DNA from: an uncultured Bacilli bacterium | Lineage (GTDB): Bacteria; Bacillota_I; Bacilli_A; RF39; UBA660 | DNA: 54,597 nt | Assembly: GCA_947631105.1 (NCBI GenBank) | Contig: CANRKD010000002.1 | Span: forward strand, 1-54,597 | Direction: 5' to 3' | In this document: piece by piece, positions 10,072-18,867 of the stretch | Numbering within the stretch: the first letter of the stretch is position 1 | How the letters are laid out: each line of letters opens with the position of its first letter | The notes under the pieces: generated by a model | Databases searched by the model: none | What the model was told of the DNA's origin: nothing | Seen by the model: only the letters and a program-made list of their open reading frames with translations | Position numbers and translations under genes: made by a program

Positions 10072-10293
10072 ATGCGCATTTCAGACTTACAAACCAAAGA
10101 TGTAGTGAGTATGACAGATGGAAAAAGATTAGGTAGGATTGTTGATATAGAAGTAACTATAAATGGTACAATTAATTATTTTGTAGTAGAAGAACGTCGT
10201 TTTTTTCGTTTTTTTGGAAGCCGTGAAGAAAGAAATATTTATATGAATCAAATAAAAAAAATCGGAGAAGATGTCATACTTGTTGAATTTTAG
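10072..10293 (+). CDS. YlmC/YmxH-family sporulation protein (PRC-barrel)
   Basis: MRISDLQTKDVVSMTDGKRLGRIVDIEV...KIGEDVILVEF resembles B. subtilis YlmC. ATG 10072 preferred over GTG 10063. Confidence 0.75.
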   Translation: MRISDLQTKDVVSMTDGKRLGRIVDIEVTINGTINYFVVEERRFFRFFGSREERNIYMNQIKKIGEDVILVEF

Positions 10294-10331
10294 CTTCTTT
10301 GCTATAATAAACAAGAAAGAAGCGATCAATA

Positions 10332-10805
10332 ATGAATAGAAAGATTTTTTATATTGCTTTAGTTACTTTAATCATAGATCAAGTTACTAAAATTATTGTT
10401 TCATTTTTTTTACGTGCCAATGAACAAATTAGTATTATAAAAAATTTTTTTTCTATTCACTATATTGAAAATAATGGGGCTGCTTGGAGTCTTCTTACCG
10501 GCAGAGTAGAATTTTTAATTTTAATTAGTTTAATCGTTCTTTTTGTTATTTATCGATATATGTATAATTTTAAAAAAAATAATCGTAATAATTTGGCTTT
10601 TGGGTTCATTTTAGGGGGTATTTTAGGAAATTTATTAGATCGTATTTTCTTAGGGTATGTAAAAGATTTTTTATCTTTTAATATTTTTCAATATCATTAT
10701 CCTATTTTTAATTTTGCTGATGTATTTATTGTAATAGGAACAGTTTTACTAATTTTTGCAGTTTTTAAAGGAGAAGATAAAAATGAAACAAATCAAAGTA
10801 AATGA
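10332..10805 (+). CDS. lspA: Lipoprotein signal peptidase II
   Basis: Four TM segments, NNGAAWS and FNFADVFI motifs. Confidence 0.9.
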   Translation: MNRKIFYIALVTLIIDQVTKIIVSFFLRANEQISIIKNFFSIHYIENNGAAWSLLTGRVEFLILISLIVLFVIYRYMYNFKKNNRNNLAFGFILGGILGNLLDRIFLGYVKDFLSFNIFQYHYPIFNFADVFIVIGTVLLIFAVFKGEDKNETNQSK

Positions 10806-11682
10806 AAGTGGTGAACGTATTGATAAATTTTTATCAGAAAACTTAGAGTATTCTCGTAGTCAAATTGAAAAAATGATAGAAAATGGTTCCATTGTAGTTA
10901 ATGACAAAATTATTAAATCCAATTATAAAATTAAGATTGGGGATATTATTACTATTTTAAAAGAGTATCAAGAAAGTAGTGATGTGGTACCTGAAAAAAT
11001 GTCTTTGGATATTTTATATGAAGATCAAGATATTTTACTTATTAATAAACCGGCTGGGTTGGTGGTTCATCCTGGAAGTGGAAACAAAAATAATACGTTA
11101 GTAAATGGTCTTATGTATTATTCAAAACAATTAAGTGATATGAATGGCCAAGAAAGACCTGGTATTGTTCATCGTTTAGATAAAGACACTTCAGGAATTA
11201 TGTTAGTGGCTAAGACGAACGAAGCTCATAAAGTATTGTCAGAAGATTTTAAGAATCATGATGTTAAAAGAGAGTATATTGCTCTTCTAAATGGTATTTT
11301 TCCTCATAATAGGGCTAAAATAGATGCACCTATTGGAAGAGATATTAAATTCCGTAAAAAAATGTGTGTAATATCAACGAATTCTAAGAATGCAATTACC
11401 CATTTACAAGTTATTAAAAGATATAAAACCAATACTTTAGTTTCTTTACGTTTAGAGACAGGGCGTACTCATCAAATCCGTGTTCATATGAAATATATTG
11501 GTTATCCTGTATTTAATGATCCTGTTTATGGAGTTCAAAAATTAAAAGAGTATGGTCAATTTTTACATTCTAAAACGATTGATTTTATTCATCCCATTAC
11601 AAAAGAAAAAATGCATTTTGAATGTCCTCTTCCAGATTATTTTCAAGATTATTTAAATACTTTAGAAGAGATAGCAGATTAG
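10783..11682 (+). CDS. rluD: 23S rRNA pseudouridine synthase, RluD family
   Basis: S4 domain, HRLDKDTSG catalytic motif, GRTHQIRVH. ATG 10783 with SD AAAGGAGAAG is preferred over 10756. Confidence 0.9.
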   Translation: MKQIKVNESGERIDKFLSENLEYSRSQIEKMIENGSIVVNDKIIKSNYKIKIGDIITILKEYQESSDVVPEKMSLDILYEDQDILLINKPAGLVVHPGSGNKNNTLVNGLMYYSKQLSDMNGQERPGIVHRLDKDTSGIMLVAKTNEAHKVLSEDFKNHDVKREYIALLNGIFPHNRAKIDAPIGRDIKFRKKMCVISTNSKNAITHLQVIKRYKTNTLVSLRLETGRTHQIRVHMKYIGYPVFNDPVYGVQKLKEYGQFLHSKTIDFIHPITKEKMHFECPLPDYFQDYLNTLEEIAD

Positions 11683-11994
11683 TATCTTTGAGAAAATGTA
11701 GACCCATAATATAAAAAATGGTAAGCTATATAAATTGTATTTTCCCAAAATATTTTTTATGTGATATATCAGTAAATAAGAAAATATCATATGGAAAAAA
11801 GCAATATAAAAAGCAAAGGTAAAATTAGATAAAACACTAAAAAAAAGTAAAAAGGCGAAGGTTAAAATAATATTACTTAAATAAAAAAATATGAAGTCAT
11901 CCGTTATTTTATTTTCTATGATAATTTTTTTGATAGGAATAAGTAAAATGGTGTTTGTTAATAGTAAAGTAATAATTAATAAAAAAGTACTCAT
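11662..11994 (-). CDS. Small polytopic membrane protein, unknown function
   Basis: 110 aa with 3-4 hydrophobic segments and a good SD (AGAGGTGA) 8 nt upstream of the ATG. Its 3' end overlaps rluD by 21 nt (convergent). Confidence 0.55.
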   Translation of the reverse strand: MSTFLLIITLLLTNTILLIPIKKIIIENKITDDFIFFYLSNIILTFAFLLFFSVLSNFTFAFYIAFFHMIFSYLLIYHIKNILGKYNLYSLPFFILWVYIFSKILICYLF

Positions 11995-12059
11995 TTGATA
12001 TTCACCTCTTTACTAAAAATATGATTTATACTAAAATAATATTACTAAGGAGAAGTGTT

Positions 12060-13202
12060 ATGAATACAATAACGATTACAGAAAAAGATGAAATAATTAT
12101 GCGATTAGTGCATTATTTTATTACTAAGGAAAATTATACACCTATTGTTGTACGCGGAGTAAAAGATGAAGTTTGGTTAGAGAATAATGATGCTTATTAT
12201 AAAATTGTTCGTATAAATTCTAATTATATTCATAATAAAGAGCAGTTAATGACGGATATTTTTAAAGTAAAAAATGTCATGAGACAAATTAAAAGAAAAA
12301 CAGTATCTTTTTCCATGAAAACTTTAAATTTATTTTTAGATTTAAATGAAAATGTTAAGTTAATTAATGATAAAAATATAGTTTCTTTAGATTTAGATAC
12401 TGGAACAAGTGATTCTGACATTGCTCAAATTGCTCAGTATTTTCCAGGAATTCAAAAAAATCTGATAAAAGATGTGGAAGGGTTGGATTTAATTATTAAT
12501 GTTACAGAAGATATTAATAAAAAAACCGAAAAAAATAATCGTGTGTATGAATCTACTTTTAGACCGAAAAAAATTATTGTAACTTATGTAATAATGGCGC
12601 TTTGTACTTGTTTGTTTTTATTGACTTATATTCTTGGGCAAGGTAGCTTAGATAGTTTAACTTTATATAATTTTGGAGCGGTTTATGCTCCGGCGGTGAA
12701 ATCTGGTCAATATTGGCGTTTATTTTCTGGAGTCTTTTTACATGCGGGTATTATCCACTTACTTACCAATATGTATTCTTTATATATTATTGGAACTCAA
12801 TTAGAAAATTTTATTGGTAAGAAAAAATTTTTACTTGTTTATCTTTTAAGTGCACTTAGTGGGAGTTTGATGTCGTGCGTTTTTTCGGATCATTTATCAG
12901 TAGGAGCAAGTGGTGCGATATTTGGATTGCTTGGTAGTATGTTGTATTTTGGTTATCATTATCGTCTTTATTTAGGTAGTGTTTTAAAAACCCAAATTAT
13001 TCCGATTATTCTTTTAAATTTATTCTTAGGATTTAGTTTAAGTGGAATTGATAATGCTGCGCACATTGGAGGATTAATTGGAGGATATTTAGCTACCATG
13101 ATGGTGGGTATCAATGGCAAAACATCAAAAACAGATCAGATGAATGGAACATTTGTGTTTTTACTTTATATTTTATTTCTGGTCTATTTATTATTTCGAT
13201 AA
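12060..13202 (+). CDS. Rhomboid-family intramembrane serine protease with a cytoplasmic N-terminal domain
   Basis: WRLFSGVFLHAGIIHLLTNM, GASGAIFGLLG (catalytic Ser), AHIGGLIGG (catalytic His). ATG 12060 follows SD AAGGAGAA. Confidence 0.85.
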   Translation: MNTITITEKDEIIMRLVHYFITKENYTPIVVRGVKDEVWLENNDAYYKIVRINSNYIHNKEQLMTDIFKVKNVMRQIKRKTVSFSMKTLNLFLDLNENVKLINDKNIVSLDLDTGTSDSDIAQIAQYFPGIQKNLIKDVEGLDLIINVTEDINKKTEKNNRVYESTFRPKKIIVTYVIMALCTCLFLLTYILGQGSLDSLTLYNFGAVYAPAVKSGQYWRLFSGVFLHAGIIHLLTNMYSLYIIGTQLENFIGKKKFLLVYLLSALSGSLMSCVFSDHLSVGASGAIFGLLGSMLYFGYHYRLYLGSVLKTQIIPIILLNLFLGFSLSGIDNAAHIGGLIGGYLATMMVGINGKTSKTDQMNGTFVFLLYILFLVYLLFR

Positions 13203-13273
13203 TCGTTTAGAAACTTTTCTGGTTTCTTTTTTTATTTTAATTTCCTAAAATTTTATCTTATGGTAAAATATTC

Positions 13274-14041
13274 ATGGTGATTACTATGTTAAAGATTAAA
13301 AATTTAACTGTTACGGTTTTAGATAAAACAATTTTAGAACATTTTAATATGGAAATACATGCTGGAGAAATTCATGCCTTAATGGGAAAAAATGGCGCCG
13401 GAAAATCAACCATTGCTAAAGTAATTATGCGAGATCCTTCTTATAAAATAAAATCAGGAACTATTTTTTATCAAGAACAGAATTTATTAGAAATGACTAC
13501 TTCGGAGGCTGCTCAATCAGGCATTTTTTTAGTTAATCAAAATCCTATAGAAATTGAGGGGGTTACCAATGCTGAAATGCTTCGTACTTCTTTAAATGAT
13601 GCTGGAAAGAATGATATGAATATTTTAGAATTTAATCGTAAATTGGTAAATTTATGTAATCAGCTTCATTTACCTACTTCCTTTATTCATAGAGATATCA
13701 ACTTTAATATGAGTGGAGGAGAAAAGAAAAAAAATGAATTGTTGCATATGTGGATGTTAGAACCACAATGTATTATTTTAGATGAAATTGATTCAGGCTT
13801 AGATGTTGATTCTTTAAAGTTAGTAGCTAATTCTATTTTAGAGTATTATAATCAATATAAGCCAGCTATTTTAATTATTACGCATCAAAAAAATTTACTG
13901 GATATTTTAAAACCTGATTTTGTACATGTTTTAGATAATAAAAAAATTGTCCAAACGGGAGATTATCAATTAGCTCTTGATATATTTAAAAATGGTTTTT
14001 CTAGGACGAGCATTATAAGTGAAAGTGATCAAAATGAATAA
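13274..14041 (+). CDS. sufC: Fe-S cluster assembly ATPase SufC
   Basis: Walker A GKNGAGKST, ABC signature MSGGEKKKNE, Walker B IILDEIDSGLD. The start could instead be 13286. Confidence 0.9.
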   Translation: MVITMLKIKNLTVTVLDKTILEHFNMEIHAGEIHALMGKNGAGKSTIAKVIMRDPSYKIKSGTIFYQEQNLLEMTTSEAAQSGIFLVNQNPIEIEGVTNAEMLRTSLNDAGKNDMNILEFNRKLVNLCNQLHLPTSFIHRDINFNMSGGEKKKNELLHMWMLEPQCIILDEIDSGLDVDSLKLVANSILEYYNQYKPAILIITHQKNLLDILKPDFVHVLDNKKIVQTGDYQLALDIFKNGFSRTSIISESDQNE

Positions 14042-14705
14042 AATAGTAGTAGAACAAAAAGAATTTTCCGTAGAAAATAAAAATATTATTATAAAAGAAT
14101 TTAAGAATACCATTCAAGATCTTCATATTATTGGAAAAGTTAATTTAGGAATTTTAACTATTCCACAAAATTTTGTTTTAAATATATATCTTCATGAACA
14201 AGCTATATTGAACATAGATCTTTTTGTTCATTTAAATAATATTAAAAATCAGTTTAATATCTATAGTAAATATCAGTCCAAATTAAATTTTCATTATTCT
14301 TGTATTTTTGATGGAAATAATTTCTTAAACATTTATAATTTTATCCAAAGTGATGAAACAGAAGCTAATGTTTATGTGCGTGCTGTAGAAAATAATGGGA
14401 CTTTTGAAATTAAAGCGGAGGGTTCTGTTTTAGAAAAAACAAAAGAAAATATCTATTTAGAGGATATAAAAGCTTTAACGAATCATAACCATTGTATAAA
14501 AATACAGCCGAATTTATTAGTGAAAAGCAATCAAGTAATAGCCAATCATAATATGACGATTAGTAATATAAATCATCAGGAATTATGGTATTTAGAAAGT
14601 AAAGGATTAAATCGATCTGTTGCTATAGATTTATTGAAGACTGGTTTTTTAAAAGGAATTTTAAATTTAGAAGAAATAAAGCAGGAGGTGAAATCGTTTG
14701 AATAG
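14034..14705 (+). CDS. Short SufB/SufD-family protein
   Basis: Only about 223 aa. The C-terminal ELWYLESKGLNRSVAIDLLKTGFLKGIL matches the conserved SufB/D C-terminal helix. Lies between sufC and sufS. Confidence 0.7.
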   Translation: MNKIVVEQKEFSVENKNIIIKEFKNTIQDLHIIGKVNLGILTIPQNFVLNIYLHEQAILNIDLFVHLNNIKNQFNIYSKYQSKLNFHYSCIFDGNNFLNIYNFIQSDETEANVYVRAVENNGTFEIKAEGSVLEKTKENIYLEDIKALTNHNHCIKIQPNLLVKSNQVIANHNMTISNINHQELWYLESKGLNRSVAIDLLKTGFLKGILNLEEIKQEVKSFE

Positions 14706-15894
14706 AGAAGATTTTCCAATGTTAGAACAAGATATTATTTATCTTGATAATGGTGCAACTACTTTAAAACCGAAAAGTGTAATTGATAAAACTGTTGAAT
14801 ATTATGAAAAATATAGTGCAAATGCACATCGTGGAGATTATGATATTTCTTATAAAGTAGATCAAGAATATGAAAATACACGTTCTTTAGTCAAAGATTA
14901 TATTCATGCCAAATATTTAGAAGAAATCATTTTTACATCAGGTGCTACTGAAAGTTTAAATTTAATTGTACGTGGTTTTTTTACCAATTTATTAGAGGCA
15001 GGAGATGAAGTGTTAATTACACAATCCGAACATGCTGCGAATGTTATTCCTTGGTTTCATTTAGCTAATACGAATGGAATTTGTGTAAATTATATTCCTT
15101 TAGATGATAATCATTATGTCACTTTAGAAAATTTAAAAAAAGTAATCACGCCTAAAACAAAAGTAATCAGTCTGGCCCATATTACAAATGTTATTGGAGA
15201 TATTCGTCCTGTGAAAGAAATCGCTGAGTTTGCTCATCAAAATAATATATTTGTTGTGATTGATGCGGCACAAAGTATTGGTCATATTCCAACAGATGTT
15301 CAAGATTTGGATGTGGATTTTTTAACATTTTCAGCGCATAAAATGTGTGGTCCTACTGGAGTAGGAGTTTTATACGGAAAAAAAGAATTATTAGAACATG
15401 TCGAACCTTTAATTTTAGGAGGAGGGATGAATGAATCTTTTGATAATGAACATGAAGTTTATTTTAAAGATTTACCCACCCGTTTAGAAGCAGGGACTCC
15501 AAATATTGCTGGGGTGATTGCTTTTAGTGAAGCTATTAAATATATTAATTCTATTGGTTTAGATAAAATTAGTGAGTATGAAAAAAAGTTAAGAAAATAT
15601 TTAGTGGATAAATTAATTGATATTCCTTATATTGACTTAATTAATATAGAAAGTGATAGTGGAATAGTGGCGTTTAATGTGGCAGGGATATTTAGTCAAG
15701 ATATAGCTTATTATTTAAATAAATATAATATTTGTGTTCGAGCAGGGAATCATTGTGCTAAGATTTTAAAGAATGAAGTAGGAGTTAATAATACATTACG
15801 TGTAAGTGTATATTTTTATAATACTTATGAAGAGATGGATATGTTAGTAGAGTTATTAAGTGATAGAGATAAGATTTTAAAGGAGATGTTGTAA
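14698..15894 (+). CDS. sufS: Cysteine desulfurase SufS (class II)
   Basis: YLDNGATTLKP, PLP-Lys context FSAHKMCGPTG, RAGNHCA active-site Cys. TTG start is 8 nt after GGAGGTG. Confidence 0.9.
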   Translation: MNREDFPMLEQDIIYLDNGATTLKPKSVIDKTVEYYEKYSANAHRGDYDISYKVDQEYENTRSLVKDYIHAKYLEEIIFTSGATESLNLIVRGFFTNLLEAGDEVLITQSEHAANVIPWFHLANTNGICVNYIPLDDNHYVTLENLKKVITPKTKVISLAHITNVIGDIRPVKEIAEFAHQNNIFVVIDAAQSIGHIPTDVQDLDVDFLTFSAHKMCGPTGVGVLYGKKELLEHVEPLILGGGMNESFDNEHEVYFKDLPTRLEAGTPNIAGVIAFSEAIKYINSIGLDKISEYEKKLRKYLVDKLIDIPYIDLINIESDSGIVAFNVAGIFSQDIAYYLNKYNICVRAGNHCAKILKNEVGVNNTLRVSVYFYNTYEEMDMLVELLSDRDKILKEML

Positions 15895-16331
15895 TGGACG
15901 AAAATTTAAGGAGAGAAATTATTTTGGATCATTATCAAAACCCTAAAAATAGAGAAACTGTTACAGATGAAAAATATATTAAGGTAAATTCAAATAATGA
16001 ATCGTGTATCGATAATATAAATATATATATATTAGTTGAAGATGGTATTCTTAAAGATATAAAATTTGATGGAGAAGCCTGTGCTATTTCTACTTCATCA
16101 ACATCTATTATGATAAAAAACTTAATTGGCAAAACGATAGATGATGCAATAAAATATATAAATAATTTTGAAGCAATGGTGGATGAAAAAGAATATGATG
16201 AAGCTCTCTTAAAAGAAGGTATTGTTTATAATGAAATTTATAAGCAAAATAACCGTAAAAATTGTGCTTTACTTCCCTATAAAGGTATAAAAAATGTTTT
16301 AAATGGTCTTAAAAATCAAAAAAACGCATAA
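15894..16331 (+). CDS. sufU: SufU/IscU-like sulfur-transfer scaffold
   Basis: IILDHYQNPKN, GEACAISTSSTSIM. ATG overlaps the sufS stop. Confidence 0.85.
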   Translation: MDENLRREIILDHYQNPKNRETVTDEKYIKVNSNNESCIDNINIYILVEDGILKDIKFDGEACAISTSSTSIMIKNLIGKTIDDAIKYINNFEAMVDEKEYDEALLKEGIVYNEIYKQNNRKNCALLPYKGIKNVLNGLKNQKNA

Positions 16332-16346
16332 TTAGCGTTTTTTTTG
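16321..16346 (+). terminator. Rho-independent terminator after the suf operon
   Basis: AAAACGC...GCGTTTT stem spanning the TAA stop, followed by a T-run. Confidence 0.7.
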
Positions 16347-16442
16347 ATGAATGAAACATATAAATATGTTATGGGGATTTTTATTTGACTTTTTTTAAAT
16401 GATTATGATAGAATATCAACGTTTGTTCAAGGAGGGGAAAGT

Positions 16443-16736
16443 ATGGAAATAAGTGATAATTTAGTTGTTAGTTATGACTCTATTGAGGTTGTTTGGGATA
16501 TAAAACAAAATAAGTATAAAATATTAATTAAATATTTAACTAGTGATAATAATTTGGAATTATATGACATAGAGAATCAATTTAGAGAATTTTATCCTAA
16601 TAATTATTTGATTTTTTGTAATAAAATAGAATTTTTTCAAGTTCCTGAAAAAAAATATTCTATTGCTTATTTAAAAAATTATCTTTTTGTAAAAAATAAT
16701 GTAGAGGAAGAGAATTTATCTTCTTTAGCTATGTAA
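16443..16736 (+). CDS. Hypothetical protein (97 aa)
   Basis: SD GGAGGGG upstream. Own promoter-like TTGACT (16385-16390), 18 nt, TGaTAGAAT (16406-16414). No recognisable motif. Confidence 0.5.
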   Translation: MEISDNLVVSYDSIEVVWDIKQNKYKILIKYLTSDNNLELYDIENQFREFYPNNYLIFCNKIEFFQVPEKKYSIAYLKNYLFVKNNVEEENLSSLAM

Positions 16737-16762
16737 GAATTATAGGAATTTTAAATAAATTA

Positions 16763-16791
16763 TTGACATTTGACATAGAATTCTATATAAT
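16763..16791 (+). promoter_or_regulatory. SigA-type promoter of the infC-rpmI-rplT operon
   Basis: TTGACA (16763-16768), 17-nt spacer, TATAAT (16786-16791). Confidence 0.65.
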
Positions 16792-16797
16792 CTAGTT

Positions 16798-16920
16798 GTT
16801 ATTAGAAAAAGGAAAGAGATTGTATCCACAATCCACCTGATTGCGAAAAAGCGATAGGTTAAGAGCCAAAAATTTTTATTTTTAAGCTTTTGTAGGTGGA
16901 TACTTTATATCTACCTTTTA
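16798..16920 (+). promoter_or_regulatory. L20-leader-type attenuator upstream of infC
   Basis: Position matches the Firmicute L20 leader. Terminator: GGTGGATA (16895-16902), loop CTTTA, TATCTACC (16908-15), TTTT. The same 3' segment can instead pair with GTATCCAC (16822-29) or ATCCACCT (16831-38). Confidence 0.6.
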
Positions 16921-16942
16921 TAATGTATGGAGGTGCATTTAT

Positions 16943-17473
16943 ATAGCAAATAATAAAAACGAATTGCCAATTAATGAACAAATTAAAGTGCCTGAATTAA
17001 TGGTAATTGGCCCAAATGGAGAGCAAATGGGTTTAAAAAAGTTAGAAGATGCTCTAACGCTTTCAAATTATGCAGGATTAGACTTAGTTTTGATGAATGC
17101 AGGAGGAAATCCAGCAGTTGCTAAAATCATGGATTATAATAAATATAAATATGAAAGACAAAAAAAGCAAAAAGAAGCTCAAAAAAGACAACGTGAAACC
17201 AATAAAGAAATGAAAGAATATCGTTTGTCTACAGTTATTGATATTCATGACTTTGAAACGCGCAGGAAAAATGCTGCATCTTATTTAGATAAAGGGCATA
17301 AAATTAAAGGCTTTATTCGTTTTAAAGGAAGACAAATGGCTCATCCAGAGATTGGAAGGGATGTCTTATTGAAATTTGCCGATGCGTTAGCTGATTATGC
17401 AGATATTGAAACTGAACCTAAAATGGAAGGTAGAAATATGTATATAATCCTAGCACCTAAAAAGGATAAGTAG
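16943..17473 (+). CDS. infC: Translation initiation factor IF-3, probable non-AUG (ATA) start
   Basis: INEQIKVPELMVIGPNGEQ... is IF-3. The frame is open upstream of the TTG at 16964. GGAGGTG (16929-16935) is followed 7 nt later by ATA 16943. infC is known for AUU/AUA-type autoregulated starts. Confidence 0.85.
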   Translation: MANNKNELPINEQIKVPELMVIGPNGEQMGLKKLEDALTLSNYAGLDLVLMNAGGNPAVAKIMDYNKYKYERQKKQKEAQKRQRETNKEMKEYRLSTVIDIHDFETRRKNAASYLDKGHKIKGFIRFKGRQMAHPEIGRDVLLKFADALADYADIETEPKMEGRNMYIILAPKKDK

Positions 17474-17488
17474 AAAGAAGGATGTAAG

Positions 17489-17686
17489 ATGGCTAAGGGA
17501 CCAAAACAAAAAACACATAAAGCTAGTAGTAAAGTTTTTAAAAAACGTGCAAATGGAACACTTTCTTATAAAAAAAGTGGTGGAAACCATAAAACAAGTA
17601 AAGATACTGCTAAACAAGTTAGACAAAGAAGAAATAAAGGAACATTAAGTAAAGGAGATACTGGCAGAATTAAGTCAGTAATCTAG
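17489..17686 (+). CDS. rpmI: 50S ribosomal protein L35
   Basis: 65 aa, basic, KTHKASSKVFKK... Confidence 0.93.
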   Translation: MAKGPKQKTHKASSKVFKKRANGTLSYKKSGGNHKTSKDTAKQVRQRRNKGTLSKGDTGRIKSVI

Positions 17687-17701
17687 TAAGGAGGTTTAAT
17701 A

Positions 17702-18244
17702 GTGACAAGAGTTAAAGGTGGAAATGTTGCCAAAAATAGAAGAAGAAAAGTTTTAAAACAAGCTAAAGGATATTTTGGAAGTAAACATAGATTATTTAAA
17801 ACAGCTCAAGAACAAGTATTTCATAGTGGAGCTTATGCATACCGCGACAGAAGACAAAACAAAAGAAACTTCCGTAAATTATGGATTACACGTATTAATG
17901 CTGGATGCCGTGAAAATGATATTAGTTATTCAAAATTTATTAACGGTTTGAATATTGCAGGTATTGAAGTAAATCGTAAAATGCTATCAGAACTTGCTAT
18001 TGATGATGCAGCTTCATTTAAAAATTTAGTAGAAATAGCTAAAGATGCATTAAAAAATGGTAGTACAAAAGCATCTACAAAAGTAAATACCAAAAAAGAA
18101 GAAGTAAAAGTAGAAAAAAAGGAAGAAGTTAAGAAAGATTATAGTAAAATGACACTTGCTGACTTAAAAGCTGTGGCTAAAGAACAAGGAATCAAAGGTT
18201 ATTCTACAATGAAAAAAGAGGAACTTCTTAAGAATTTAAAATAA
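17702..18244 (+). CDS. rplT: 50S ribosomal protein L20 with a ~60-aa C-terminal extension
   Basis: [26 protein letters not shown]...[10 protein letters not shown] is L20 (about 118 aa). A K/E-rich linker and [31 protein letters not shown] follow. GTG start after AGGAGG. Confidence 0.93.
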   Translation: MTRVKGGNVAKNRRRKVLKQAKGYFGSKHRLFKTAQEQVFHSGAYAYRDRRQNKRNFRKLWITRINAGCRENDISYSKFINGLNIAGIEVNRKMLSELAIDDAASFKNLVEIAKDALKNGSTKASTKVNTKKEEVKVEKKEEVKKDYSKMTLADLKAVAKEQGIKGYSTMKKEELLKNLK

Positions 18245-18268
18245 ATACTCCTATAAAGAGTATTTTTT
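18244..18268 (+). terminator. Rho-independent terminator after rplT
   Basis: AATACTC (18244-50), loop CTATAAA, GAGTATT (18258-64), TTTT. Confidence 0.7.
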
Positions 18269-18280
18269 CTTGGAGATTTT

Positions 18281-18864
18281 ATGGATATTATTATTAGTAA
18301 TGAAAAAGAACGAAAGCGTTTTTTTAAACTATTACCAATTTATAAGTCTTTTCTTTTTAGATTTGTTTATTTTGATGTTGTAACGGAAGATGAACATATT
18401 AGTGCTATTATAAAAGCGTTAAATATTAAAAAAAGACGACAAAGAATTTTATTTATTTATGAAACTGCTTGTCAATATATAGATAAATATATGCAAGAAA
18501 AAAAGTTTGTGATTTTAAAAAAGATCAATGTATAGCTCAAAGAATAAGTAATTCGAATTTTATCAATGGTTGTTGTGGTCCTGTTTATTGTCAGCATATC
18601 CAAAATAAAATGTGTCAAACAGAAAATCTATCATGCAAACTATTTTATTGTCCATTTATAAAAAGTAAGTATAAAATTTTAAAAATAAAAGAAATACCTA
18701 TATTAAAAATGTTATCTTTAAGACAAAAAATGATTATTAAATTTGATGTAGCATCTACAAAGGAAGAAGCGTTGAATGATTTATGTTCATATAGTTTTTT
18801 ATATGCTTATTTGAAAATAGTAATCCGTCATAAATGGATTTGGAAAATGAAAAAATCAAGCTAG
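18281..18864 (+). CDS. Cys-rich hypothetical protein encoded in two overlapping frames (0 frame 18281-18535; -1 frame open 18487-18864), junction at A_AAA_AAG 18499-18505
   Basis: ORF1 has an SD (GGAG) and an ATG. ORF2 has no SD and its frame stays open 123 nt upstream of its first ATG, back across an A7 run lying in X_XXY_YYZ register. The fused product would be about 194 aa. Confidence 0.5.
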
Positions 18865-18867
18865 TAT

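Noticed and set aside
10295-10320. CTTCTTT ... AAAGAAG inverted repeat between ylmC and lspA.
   Set aside because: It has no T-run and a large loop, and it overlaps the lspA SD region. It is not convincing as a terminator or an operator.
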